Shown: positions 20,043-29,480 of the stretch, one piece after another
Layout of the letters: each line of letters starts with the position of its first letter
How positions within the stretch are numbered: the stretch's first letter is position 1
IMG/VR virus record: IMGVR_UViG_3300030012_000996
Span: 1-50,230 of that record
DNA from: a virus
Lineage: Duplodnaviria; Caudoviricetes
Direction: 5' to 3' (one strand)
DNA: 50,230 bases
Notes under the pieces: generated by a model
What the model was told of the DNA's origin: nothing
The model's database searches: none
Seen by the model: only the letters and a program-made list of their open reading frames with translations
Made by a program: the position numbers and the translations under genes

Positions 20043-21952
20043 TGGCTAAGATTGACGACCTAGTAATCCAGATAAAAGCTGATACAAAGCAGTTACAGGC
20101 ACAGCTCAATCAAATTGAGGGCAAGCTAAAGGTTACTGGCAGGGCTGGAAACATGGCATTCGGCGCAGCAGGCGGTGGAATGGCAGCAGGAATGGCAAAA
20201 GCGAGAGTCGGCGCTCTAGCACTTGTCGGTGGTTTATTAGCAGTTGGAAAATCGGTAAGCTCAATAGCAAAAGTTGGAGCGGGCTTTGAAGACTTAAAAG
20301 ATTCTCTGGATCAGGTGTTCGGTAGCGTACAGGCTGGCGACGCAGCCATGAACCAAGTTTTTCAATTTGCCCAGACAACACCATTCCAAATAGAAACTGC
20401 AACTAAAGCATTCATAGCTCTTAAGTCAGCCGGTATTGAACCTAGCATGGATATGCTACAAACCTTTGCAGACACAGCTTCCGTATCAGTAGATCAATTA
20501 GGAACGTTTGAGGCATTAATCAGAGTCGTTCAACGATCTGCCGGTGGTGGTTTAGGTTTAGAAGAATTGAATATGATTGCCGATAGGGGTATTGACGTAT
20601 TTGGTGGACTAAAAGAGGAGCTTGGAAAAGGTAGAGACGAAATAGCAGAGTTCGGTAAAACAGCAGAAGGGGCAAAAGCAATAACAGACGCTTTAGTAAA
20701 AACTCTGGATAAAAGTTTCGGAGGCGCTATGGCCTCTAAAATGGATAACCTTTCAACAAAAACATCTAACATGGTAATTGCATTTAAACAACTAGCAGAC
20801 GAGGTGTTTAAAAGTGGGTTGGGTGACATTCTTAAAGGTCTGACGGACAGGCTTACAGAATTTGCTACAGCGGCAGGCCGTGCCGTTAGGGTTGCGTCTG
20901 GAAGGGCTACCGAAGAAGACATACTCACAGAGATAGGAATTCTTGAAGGGCAGATTGATAATTCAATAAACGCACAAAACATGCTGGGACTGGAAGCAGA
21001 CCCCGATGATAGAAACTTTCTAACTAAACTGCTTTTTGGCGATAAGTCAGTTGAAGAAATGAGGGCTCAGGTCAAGGCCTTTGAAAACATGCTTGAAAGA
21101 ATTAGGGCAGCTAAAGCCAGAGAGGCTAAAGAGGGCGGAAAAAAGGAAGGCGGAAAAACCGTAGCGTTTGACGCTTCAAGCGTAGAAGGACTGATTGATT
21201 TCCAAGCAGAGTTCAAGAAACTTGTAGAGGACTCTGTACCGGAAACCGTGAAGCTAGGAAACCAGATAGAGTACATACAAAGTCTTATGGCGACAGCGGA
21301 CAAAGCCAAGCTAAAGGGCATAATGGCTTTTCTAGGAGTAGAGAGTGTGGACGAAATGCAGGTTATTGTAGATCACCTGCAAAAACTACAGGACGAGTTA
21401 GATGAAACGGCAACATTCAGTAGTGAAATGCAAACAGCTATTATTAGTGCATCACAGGCATTTACATCTGACTTCGTGCAATCTCTCATGGACGGTGAAA
21501 ACGCGTTAGACAGTTTCAAAAACTTCGCTAAGAATATAGTCAATCAGATTATTACAATTTTCCTACAAATGGCGGTTGTCAATGAAATATTGAATAACGT
21601 CTTTAATCTCACTGGAACCAATAATGCGTTGCCTACATTTAGTAATACAAAAAAAGGCGCAGGCGGTAGTTCAGCGTATCAAGGTCAAGCAATGATTGTA
21701 GGTGAGCGTGGTCCTGAATTATTTGTTCCACACAGTAACGGCAATATACTGAACAACATGAACACTAAAAACGCTATGGGTGGTGCGCCTATCATAGTAA
21801 ACCAGTCAGTCAACTTCGCTACCGGCGTAGTGCCTACAGTAAGAGCAGAGGTTGTGAAAATGATGCCCCAGATAGCGGACGTAACGAAAGGTGCGGTAGC
21901 GGAAGCTGCTATGCGTGGCGGAAACTTTAGAAGAGCGTTGCAAGGTGGCTAA
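20042..21952 (+). CDS. tail tape measure protein
   Basis: FAQTTPF tape-measure domain; C-terminal VGERGPELFVP. Confidence 0.93.
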   Translation: MAKIDDLVIQIKADTKQLQAQLNQIEGKLKVTGRAGNMAFGAAGGGMAAGMAKARVGALALVGGLLAVGKSVSSIAKVGAGFEDLKDSLDQVFGSVQAGDAAMNQVFQFAQTTPFQIETATKAFIALKSAGIEPSMDMLQTFADTASVSVDQLGTFEALIRVVQRSAGGGLGLEELNMIADRGIDVFGGLKEELGKGRDEIAEFGKTAEGAKAITDALVKTLDKSFGGAMASKMDNLSTKTSNMVIAFKQLADEVFKSGLGDILKGLTDRLTEFATAAGRAVRVASGRATEEDILTEIGILEGQIDNSINAQNMLGLEADPDDRNFLTKLLFGDKSVEEMRAQVKAFENMLERIRAAKAREAKEGGKKEGGKTVAFDASSVEGLIDFQAEFKKLVEDSVPETVKLGNQIEYIQSLMATADKAKLKGIMAFLGVESVDEMQVIVDHLQKLQDELDETATFSSEMQTAIISASQAFTSDFVQSLMDGENALDSFKNFAKNIVNQIITIFLQMAVVNEILNNVFNLTGTNNALPTFSNTKKGAGGSSAYQGQAMIVGERGPELFVPHSNGNILNNMNTKNAMGGAPIIVNQSVNFATGVVPTVRAEVVKMMPQIADVTKGAVAEAAMRGGNFRRALQGG

Positions 21953-22814
21953 GTTAATATCAATGCCTACAAGCCCAAACTTCATAAGAAGTGATTGGTC
22001 TCTTGTCAGAACTGTGGGAACAACAGTAAGCCCATTTACCGGGAAGACTAAAACCCAAGAGTTTGACGGAGTTTACTGGACTGCAGACGTTGCTTTACCG
22101 CCGATGAGAAGATCGCAGGCCGTTGAATGGCAGTCATTTCTTTTGGAACTTAACGGAACCGTGAATCATTTTAAGTTTGCAGACCCTGACGCATTAACAA
22201 ACACAGGCACATACAGTACGGGCTTTTTGACATCTGAACTTAGAACAAACGAAAGTTCAGTAACGCTTTCTTTTAGCAATCAAACTATAACTGCAGGTGC
22301 ATCTACATTTAGTGGTGCAAAAGAGGGAGATTTTATAGTTGTTACAGGTGCAACCAATGAAGATAACAACGGTACACATAAAATAACAACAGTTACTAGC
22401 AATACGGTTGTCGTAACATCTAGTACGTTCACTACGGAGTCAAACACCGCTAGTTGCAAGGTAAGAACCAATGTCAAGGGTGCTACTGGATTATCACTCC
22501 TGGCTTCAACAAATGCTGCTACAGGGACAATTAAAAAAGGAGACTATTTAAGCATTCAGTCTGCTGCCAGTTCCACAGGAACGCCTGCGCAGTTAGTTAT
22601 GGTGACGGAAGACGCAACCGCAACCGCTGATAGCGGTAAAGACTTCTACGGTGTAGCTATACAACCAAAATTAAGGTCGGACCTTGCTACAGGACATTAC
22701 GCAGTATTTACAAACCCAAAAGGGACATTTAGGCTCACATCTAATGAGGTTAGTTGGTCAGCAGACCGAATATCAAACTATGGCATTAGCTTTTCTTGTA
22801 TTGAGGTAATCTAA
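21945..22814 (+). CDS. distal tail protein with inserted beta domain
   Basis: SPFTG...W.ADVALPPM N-terminus and FSCIEVI C-terminus; GTG start after the tape measure. Confidence 0.7.
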   Translation: MAKLISMPTSPNFIRSDWSLVRTVGTTVSPFTGKTKTQEFDGVYWTADVALPPMRRSQAVEWQSFLLELNGTVNHFKFADPDALTNTGTYSTGFLTSELRTNESSVTLSFSNQTITAGASTFSGAKEGDFIVVTGATNEDNNGTHKITTVTSNTVVVTSSTFTTESNTASCKVRTNVKGATGLSLLASTNAATGTIKKGDYLSIQSAASSTGTPAQLVMVTEDATATADSGKDFYGVAIQPKLRSDLATGHYAVFTNPKGTFRLTSNEVSWSADRISNYGISFSCIEVI

Positions 22815-23456
22815 GTGGCTACTAGACAAGGACTAGATAGCTCTATAGTAAATCGTCTAGGAGCAGACGAACAAGCTCTATTCTTTGCCGTCAAAGCAGA
22901 ATTTGACACAGATGACATTAGGGTATGGTCAGGCATAGACGATATTACAATCAGTTCAGAAACATACACCGGTGCAGGAACACTTCTAAACGTAAGCAAC
23001 ACAGAGGACAACCTTGAATTAAAGTCTAACGGCGTAGTAGTCGCTTTGTCCGGCATGGACGCTACTGTAGTAAACATGGCTCTTACGGAAAACTATCAAA
23101 ACAGACCTATTACTATATTCATGGGATATGTAATGGGTGGGACAAACGAGGTCGCAGGAACGCTTACTTTGTTCAAGGGTAGAATGACTAGCCTTGTGAT
23201 AAACGACACTCCTGAAGGCTCCACAGTGACCATAGACGCGGAAAATAGACTGGTTGACCTTGATAGGCCTTCTAACCTTAGATACACGAAGGAATCCCAA
23301 AACTTTCTTTTTTCTGGCGATACTGGGTTTAATCGCGTTGCATCGCTGCAAGACAAACAGATTAATTGGGGTAAGACATCTAGTGGACCTGGCGGAGGCG
23401 GTTCTGGCAGCGGTCAACATGAATACCAAGACAGCTACAGAAACATAGGCAAATGA
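22815..23456 (+). CDS. minor tail / baseplate hub protein
   Basis: WSG, YTGAG, FKGRM, RYT.ESQ, GD.GF, INWG. Confidence 0.75.
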   Translation: MATRQGLDSSIVNRLGADEQALFFAVKAEFDTDDIRVWSGIDDITISSETYTGAGTLLNVSNTEDNLELKSNGVVVALSGMDATVVNMALTENYQNRPITIFMGYVMGGTNEVAGTLTLFKGRMTSLVINDTPEGSTVTIDAENRLVDLDRPSNLRYTKESQNFLFSGDTGFNRVASLQDKQINWGKTSSGPGGGGSGSGQHEYQDSYRNIGK

Positions 23457-23866
23457 AAAAACTACCTAATTGGCAAGCTATGTTTGACTCCTTCGTAAAA
23501 CACAATAACTTTCCTTTTGAATGGGGAAGAAACGATTGTTGCAAATTCAGCAACGCAGTCATTAAACAAATAACAGGTCAGGATTTAATACCACAACAAT
23601 TAAAGTGGCATGATGAGGAAAGCGCCTTAAAAGCGATAAAATCTTACGGCGGTAATTTGGAAAATAGTATTGAAAAAGCATGCAACGAAAAAGACGTGGG
23701 CGAAATAAACAAAGCATTTATGACGTGTGGTGATTTAGTTTTATATAGCCAGAACGGATCGGTTTTAGTGGGTATGTGCAACGGCTTCGGAATACTAACA
23801 CCTACAGACGACGGCATAGGCGTAGTTGATTGTGATACTGCTTACAGGGTTTGGAGATTTGATTAA
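23453..23866 (+). CDS. NlpC/P60-like tail-tip protein
   Basis: FEWGRNDCC..F motif and GD motif; position before the tip protein. Confidence 0.75.
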   Translation: MKKLPNWQAMFDSFVKHNNFPFEWGRNDCCKFSNAVIKQITGQDLIPQQLKWHDEESALKAIKSYGGNLENSIEKACNEKDVGEINKAFMTCGDLVLYSQNGSVLVGMCNGFGILTPTDDGIGVVDCDTAYRVWRFD

Positions 23867-26800
23867 TGGCTAAACAGATAAAACAAGCTCTGATTGCTGC
23901 GGTAATTGTTTTCGGCGGAGCACTGTTGGCTGGAGCCAGTGTAGGTGCATTCGGCACCTTTGCTATGGGAACAGCGGCAACAATGGCAACGCTTACCTTT
24001 GCTACTACCTTACTGGGCAGCGTTATAGGCAAAATGACCTCAAAGGGTATTGATGCATCTGGTGGAAACTTTGGAACTAAATTTGCTACTAGAGCGCCCT
24101 TAGCGCCTAGACAGATTGTTTACGGCGAGTGTCGTGTTGGTGGAACGATTGTGCATATGGAAACAGCAGGTACAGACAATCATATGCTGCACATGATAGT
24201 AGCAGTAGCAGGACATGAAATTGAGTCTATAGAAACGGTACGATTGAATGACATAGATTTAACTACAACTACTAGCACAATAAATGGTGAAACTGTACAC
24301 GAAGTAACTAGTCCTGCATTTGTAAATACAGAAAACGGCTTTGCTTTCACTAGCGGTAGGCTTATTAGATTCACCAAACATCTAGGAGCAGATGATCAGG
24401 CGGCAGATAATTTCGCAATACAGTCATTAGCAGGAACGAGCGGCTCAATAACAAGCACTGATAGATTTAGAGGAGTTGCCTATGTTTACATGCAACTTGT
24501 ATTTGACGCTGAAAAGTTTGGTGGTGGTTTGCCTGGAATATCATTCATCGTAAAAGGAAAAAATGTTTATGACCCGAGAACTGGCGCAAATGCAACAACA
24601 GACTTACAAAGGTCTAACCCGGCTCTTATCATAAGAGATTACCTTACCGACACACAGTACGGCCTAAAGGCAACGGCTTCAGAGATAAATGATACTACAA
24701 ATGCAGGTGGCATAGCCTCTGCAGCAAACACATGTGATCAGCAAGTAACCTTATCCGACGGCTCTACGCAGGAGAGAAGATATACAGCTAACGGATTTAC
24801 TAATTTCAGTGCTGACGGAAACGGCGTGCTTGAATCGGTACTTAGCTCTATGGCAGGAAAGATGTCTTATGTTAACGGTCAGTTCACAGTTTTTGCAGGC
24901 GCATCACAAACACCCAGCATAACCATTACTGATGACGATTTATTGCAGCCAATATCGGTTTCAACAAATTCTAGCTCTGGTGATTTATATAATTCAGTAA
25001 AGCCTATGTATGTAGATGCGTCACTTAACTTTACATCAACAGATGCAGAGGTTTATCAGGATTCAACATTCTTGAACGCAGACACTCCGAGCGGAGAGAG
25101 TTCAGCGAATTACGTTAAACAAATGGAAACACAGTTGCCTTTCACTGTTACAGACACTATGGCGCAAAGATTAGGGCGCATAGCTTTGAAAAGTCAGAGA
25201 CAGACAACATCACTAACTGCTTTAGTTAGCTTAAAGTTTATGAGGCTACAGCCTAACGACTGGGTATATTTAACAAACGAAAGATTAAGCTACTCACAAA
25301 AAACCTTTGAAGTTTTATCAACAAACATGGAAGTCATACAAGACGGAGACGTAAATGTATTGGCTGCAAGATTAGAATTAAAAGAGGTAGAAGCTGCAGT
25401 ATTCAATTTCGCAACGAATGACTACACAACAGGTCAGGCCGAGGGTTCGGACGTATCTACAGGAGATTATTCTGTAACAGCGCCTACAAACCTTTCACTA
25501 GCGCAGCAAAACGCCGTTGACGGAACCACGAGCAAGGTTGACATACTTGTTTCCTGGACTAACAACGCAAGTGATAAGGTAACACTAACAGAGATCACTT
25601 ATAAGCTAAGCACCGATAGCAACTACACATCTGACTTCACAGCAGGCAAGGGCGTAACGAAGGCTTCCATACCGAATGTCGTTGTTGGCAAAACCTACAA
25701 CGTCAAGATAAGGCACATAGATGTAAACGGTGTTGCTAGTGATTACACAAGTGCAGTCAATATTACTATAGCTGCAGCTAGTTCTGCGCCTTCAACACCC
25801 TCAAATCTATCGGCATCATCAAGCAAAGGGCAGATATTGGTTTCATGGACTAACCCTAACAACAGCGATTTAAGAGCCGTAAAGGTTTATAGAAAGACAT
25901 CTAACTCTACGCCTACTAACGATGATGACTTAGTAGATACGGTTGCTGGTGAGCCAAATGCCGTTACGACAACAATTTTCGGTGACCAGGACGGGCTTAC
26001 CGCAGGCACTACCTATTATTTTTGGGTAAGGGCAATCAATCATTCAGGACAGCACTCGTCATTTAGCAGTTCAGTAAATGGTAACTTTGCTGCAGCAGGT
26101 GTAGCAGACGGCGCAATAACAACTCTTAAATTAGCAGCAAACGCTGTTACGCAAGCCAAGATTGCAGTTGATGCTATACAAGGATCGGTTATAGCTGCAG
26201 GAGCAATAGTAGAAAGCAAAATAGGAACAGATGCAGTCACCACTGCAAAAATAGCAGACGATGCTGTTACCAATGCACTTATAGCGACTGATGCAGTAAA
26301 TCAAGACTCTATTGCAGCTAATTCAGTGACGGCATCAGAAATAGTTGCTGGAACCATAACCGCAAGTGAGATTGCATCAAACGCTATAACAACGGCAAAA
26401 ATTAATGCAGGCGCAGTGAATACAGACAAGCTCGCAGCAAACGCAGTGACGGCTGCAAAAATTACCGCTAACACTATTACGGCATCACAAATAGCAGCAG
26501 GAACTATTACGGCAACGGAAATAGCATCAAATGCTGTTACTACAGACAAGCTAAACGCAGACGCTGTAACGGCAGCGAAGATAACAGCTGGAACTATTAC
26601 GGCTACAGAGATAGCAAGTAATACGATTACAGCAGATAGAATTAATGTAACTGACTTAGCTCTTAACTTTGAGGCTGCTACAGTATCAGGTGCAACAATA
26701 GGTAGTTGGAACAACAATACAATGCGATTGCTTAAAGTTGCGGATATAGGTACTGCAACAGGAATATATCACATCATGTGTCGTGTTTTCGGTGGTACTG

Positions 26801-27141
26801 GTCAGGTCAAAACGCTTTCAGTTGTTGTAGGTGACGGAACATACGGTAGTGGCGCTAGTTTTGAGCTAAGAAATGATTTTTCCTACAGCAACGCAGCATT
26901 CGCTACTGATTTGATAATACAAGATCAAGGTTACGCACAATTTAACTCCGGGCAATCACAACACTGGTCTGGGGTAGATAGATTTGACTCAACATATAAA
27001 ATGGTACAAAAAGATATAATTGTTAGGAAAGTAAGCGATACAAGCAGAACACTTAAGCTATTTATTCTTGCACAAGGCGACGGCAACAGTAGACAGCTAT
27101 CAAATGTTCAATACGGTTATTACAGATTCACAGAAATATAA
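23866..27141 (+). CDS. tail tip / host-specificity protein J-like, with FN3 domains and repeat stalk
   Basis: IVYGECRVGG, VKGKNVYDPR, SNPALIIRDYL; two FN3-like units; AVTxAKI repeats. Confidence 0.88.
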   Translation: MAKQIKQALIAAVIVFGGALLAGASVGAFGTFAMGTAATMATLTFATTLLGSVIGKMTSKGIDASGGNFGTKFATRAPLAPRQIVYGECRVGGTIVHMETAGTDNHMLHMIVAVAGHEIESIETVRLNDIDLTTTTSTINGETVHEVTSPAFVNTENGFAFTSGRLIRFTKHLGADDQAADNFAIQSLAGTSGSITSTDRFRGVAYVYMQLVFDAEKFGGGLPGISFIVKGKNVYDPRTGANATTDLQRSNPALIIRDYLTDTQYGLKATASEINDTTNAGGIASAANTCDQQVTLSDGSTQERRYTANGFTNFSADGNGVLESVLSSMAGKMSYVNGQFTVFAGASQTPSITITDDDLLQPISVSTNSSSGDLYNSVKPMYVDASLNFTSTDAEVYQDSTFLNADTPSGESSANYVKQMETQLPFTVTDTMAQRLGRIALKSQRQTTSLTALVSLKFMRLQPNDWVYLTNERLSYSQKTFEVLSTNMEVIQDGDVNVLAARLELKEVEAAVFNFATNDYTTGQAEGSDVSTGDYSVTAPTNLSLAQQNAVDGTTSKVDILVSWTNNASDKVTLTEITYKLSTDSNYTSDFTAGKGVTKASIPNVVVGKTYNVKIRHIDVNGVASDYTSAVNITIAAASSAPSTPSNLSASSSKGQILVSWTNPNNSDLRAVKVYRKTSNSTPTNDDDLVDTVAGEPNAVTTTIFGDQDGLTAGTTYYFWVRAINHSGQHSSFSSSVNGNFAAAGVADGAITTLKLAANAVTQAKIAVDAIQGSVIAAGAIVESKIGTDAVTTAKIADDAVTNALIATDAVNQDSIAANSVTASEIVAGTITASEIASNAITTAKINAGAVNTDKLAANAVTAAKITANTITASQIAAGTITATEIASNAVTTDKLNADAVTAAKITAGTITATEIASNTITADRINVTDLALNFEAATVSGATIGSWNNNTMRLLKVADIGTATGIYHIMCRVFGGTGQVKTLSVVVGDGTYGSGASFELRNDFSYSNAAFATDLIIQDQGYAQFNSGQSQHWSGVDRFDSTYKMVQKDIIVRKVSDTSRTLKLFILAQGDGNSRQLSNVQYGYYRFTEI

Positions 27142-27477
27142 ATGGCTACTCATACTTTTAATTACACATACAGTTTTGATAGCATTTCAACAATGCCATT
27201 GAGCATGACAGACGATACGCAGATAGTTAAAAACGTATGCGTAAGCGTTACAGCGGTTGATGCTGCGGATAACACAAAGACACTAACTGAAAAAATGTAC
27301 GCGTCTTTAGACGGGATTTATAGCTATGAAGTTAGCGGTTTGCCAAGTGATTTCATACAAGTTGATGATTTAACTGATGCAAAAGCTATAGAATGGTGGC
27401 AAGCTACAACAACAGTAGATAATCTTAACATTTACTTTACATGGCAAATATATGGAGTTGCCGAAAATGATGAATAG
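27142..27477 (+). CDS. hypothetical tail-associated protein
   Basis: Abuts the J stop codon; 111 aa. Confidence 0.65.
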   Translation: MATHTFNYTYSFDSISTMPLSMTDDTQIVKNVCVSVTAVDAADNTKTLTEKMYASLDGIYSYEVSGLPSDFIQVDDLTDAKAIEWWQATTTVDNLNIYFTWQIYGVAENDE

Positions 27478-27485
27478 GAGAAAAT

Positions 27486-27866
27486 ATGCAAGACGGAAGA
27501 TTTAGCGGAGACATGGATAGAAACGAGGTAGAAATGGACTTGAACAAGTTCATGGCTATGGTTGAGGAGATTGGGGCCCTTAAGGATAAAATCAGGGAAC
27601 TAGAAGATGCTACAAACGTAAACCCGCATCAGAAATGGATTCACTTAGCGCAGGCCGTAGACTCCTGGCGCATATTTCCCAGAGTGTTCCTAAGCGTTTA
27701 CATATTCTTGCTTTACTACTCAACAATGTGGTTTATGGCATTAGAGGAACCAAGCCTAGAGCAAAGTGGTCTCATATCTATCATAGTAGGTGCTGGGGCG
27801 GCATGGTTCGGTTTATACGCAGGCACAAGCGGTGCAAGCAAGAGTTTTAAAGGAGAAGATAAATAA
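27486..27866 (+). CDS. two-TM membrane protein, holin-like
   Basis: WRIFPR followed by two hydrophobic helices; AGGAG RBS. Confidence 0.6.
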   Translation: MQDGRFSGDMDRNEVEMDLNKFMAMVEEIGALKDKIRELEDATNVNPHQKWIHLAQAVDSWRIFPRVFLSVYIFLLYYSTMWFMALEEPSLEQSGLISIIVGAGAAWFGLYAGTSGASKSFKGEDK

Positions 27867-27896
27867 AAAAAAAGAGAGCCGAAGCTCTCTCTTTTT
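27865..27896. terminator. bidirectional intrinsic terminator
   Basis: A-run-GAGAGC-CGAA-GCTCTCT-CTTTTT. The minus strand reads a cUUCGg tetraloop followed by a long U-run. Confidence 0.88.
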
Positions 27897-28213
27897 CGCT
27901 CAATTCACCGATTGACTAACTAGATTCATTGTAAAGCTACTCCTAAGAGTGTATATGCACCTGACTTTGAGACTTGATCCGCCGATCTTATGCTTCCTAG
28001 TTTGCGACTAAGACTTCTCATTACCAGTCAATAACTATGCAATCTTTCTTATATTGCTATGTTAACGCCTTCTGCTATATTCTCACCTAAAAAGTTGATA
28101 AGTCTTTTTATTTTGCACTATCTTTAAAAGATAGGGTGAACTTCTCTTTTTACATCAGAGTGGGTTAATTAATCCCTGTCTATCAATCTGATGCGTCAGC
28201 TCTCCATTAACAT
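27866..28213 (-). ncRNA. candidate ~350-nt structured non-coding RNA
   Basis: Own promoter and terminator; longest ORF I found is 31 codons; multiple nested stems (see findings). Confidence 0.6.
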
Positions 28214-28219
28214 ATGATA

Positions 28220-28261
28220 ATTATGTCTGCATAAAAAATAAAGTAAACCCTTTTTGGAATA
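28220..28261 (-). promoter_or_regulatory. leftward promoter with TATTCC motif (copy 2), driving the ncRNA candidate
   Basis: TATTCCAAAAAGGG-TTTACT-16 bp-CATAAT. Confidence 0.65.
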
Positions 28262-28370
28262 TATTTTAATTTTTTTTTCTTGGGTGTTATGTTCAGCTAT
28301 GATAGGATTTACAAGACTGCCCTAAGACTAGGGATAATTTGGCAAAGCCATAGTCATTTCAGGATTGACT

Positions 28371-29480
28371 ATGAATGATGACGACCAAAGAAAGCACGAT
28401 AACATAATTGTATGGGCTGCGCTGATGTTCTGCATAACTTTAGTTGCCGGTATATCCATAAACGTTAACGCCCAGTCTAGCCAACAATCAGGTACTGCTT
28501 GCGTAAACGGATCACAGTATTGTGAAAACAACAACCTATATACGTCAAACAACACGACTACGAATAATACAAATTCAAATACGAACACAAATACTAATAC
28601 GTCAACTTCAACGGCGACTAATACAAACTCAAACACAAACGTAAATACGACGACATCTACAGCGACGAACACGAATTCAAACACCAACGTTAATACTTCA
28701 AACAACGTCAACGTTAATACTTCTACTGCTACTTCAACTTCAAATAACACTAATACGAATGTAAATACTTCTACCTCTACGGTAAATTCTACTGTTAACC
28801 AGAACGTTAATAATACTAATAATTCAACGTCTAATAACACGAATCAGAATACGAACATAAATCAATCCACCTCTGAATCAAATGTTACGACAAACAATGT
28901 TAATGAAAATAACAATAATACGACCAGTAATAACACGAACCGTAATATAAACGAGTCAAATAGCACCCAGACAATAAACCAAAACATTAAATCGGAAGCG
29001 CCCCCTGCAAGCGCTATAGCTCCAAGTATAATGAGCTATTCGCAAGACCTTTGCACCACAGGAGTTAGTGGGGCATTTCAAGGACAAGTATTCGGTTTGT
29101 CTGGTGGTAAAACCATTGTTGATCAAAACTGCGAAAGGTTGAAACTTTCTAAATATTTGTATGACATGGGTATGAAAGTCGCGTCAGTAGCTCTACTTTG
29201 CCAAGATGAGAGAGTATTTAAGGCTATGGAAATGGCAGGTACGCCTTGCCCTTACAACGGCAAGATCGGTAAAGAAGCATCAGAAGAATGGGCCAAGAAT
29301 CAATCAAAGAGACCTGATGCAGAAGATAAGGAAAAAGAGTTTATCAAACAATGCACTAAAGAGGCTAACCCTAAAAGAGCAGGCATCAATAAAGATGTTG
29401 TTGGTATAGTCAAGAAAACATATACAAGAAAAACTAAAACCGATAAACAATGCCGTCAAGAATTTTATGCTACGCAGTAG
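28371..29480 (+). CDS. exported/membrane-anchored Asn/Thr-rich protein with Cys-rich C-terminal domain
   Basis: N-terminal hydrophobic segment ending VNA-Q; ~150-aa N/T/S tract; DLC...NCERLK...LLCQD...GTPCP. Confidence 0.8.
   Translation: MNDDDQRKHDNIIVWAALMFCITLVAGISINVNAQSSQQSGTACVNGSQYCENNNLYTSNNTTTNNTNSNTNTNTNTSTSTATNTNSNTNVNTTTSTATNTNSNTNVNTSNNVNVNTSTATSTSNNTNTNVNTSTSTVNSTVNQNVNNTNNSTSNNTNQNTNINQSTSESNVTTNNVNENNNNTTSNNTNRNINESNSTQTINQNIKSEAPPASAIAPSIMSYSQDLCTTGVSGAFQGQVFGLSGGKTIVDQNCERLKLSKYLYDMGMKVASVALLCQDERVFKAMEMAGTPCPYNGKIGKEASEEWAKNQSKRPDAEDKEKEFIKQCTKEANPKRAGINKDVVGIVKKTYTRKTKTDKQCRQEFYATQ

Noticed and set aside
4594-27141. Diversity-generating retroelement or invertible fibre cassette
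   Set aside because: No reverse transcriptase or invertase ORF, and no template/variable repeat pair noticed.
27866-28213. tmRNA, tRNA, RNase P or CRISPR mini-array identity for the non-coding region
   Set aside because: No acceptor stem, T-loop or CCA end, no RNase P signature and no repeat-spacer periodicity seen.
28328-28840. 170-aa Val/Phe/Leu-rich minus ORF
   Set aside because: Antisense mirror of the Asn/Thr codons of the real plus-strand gene.
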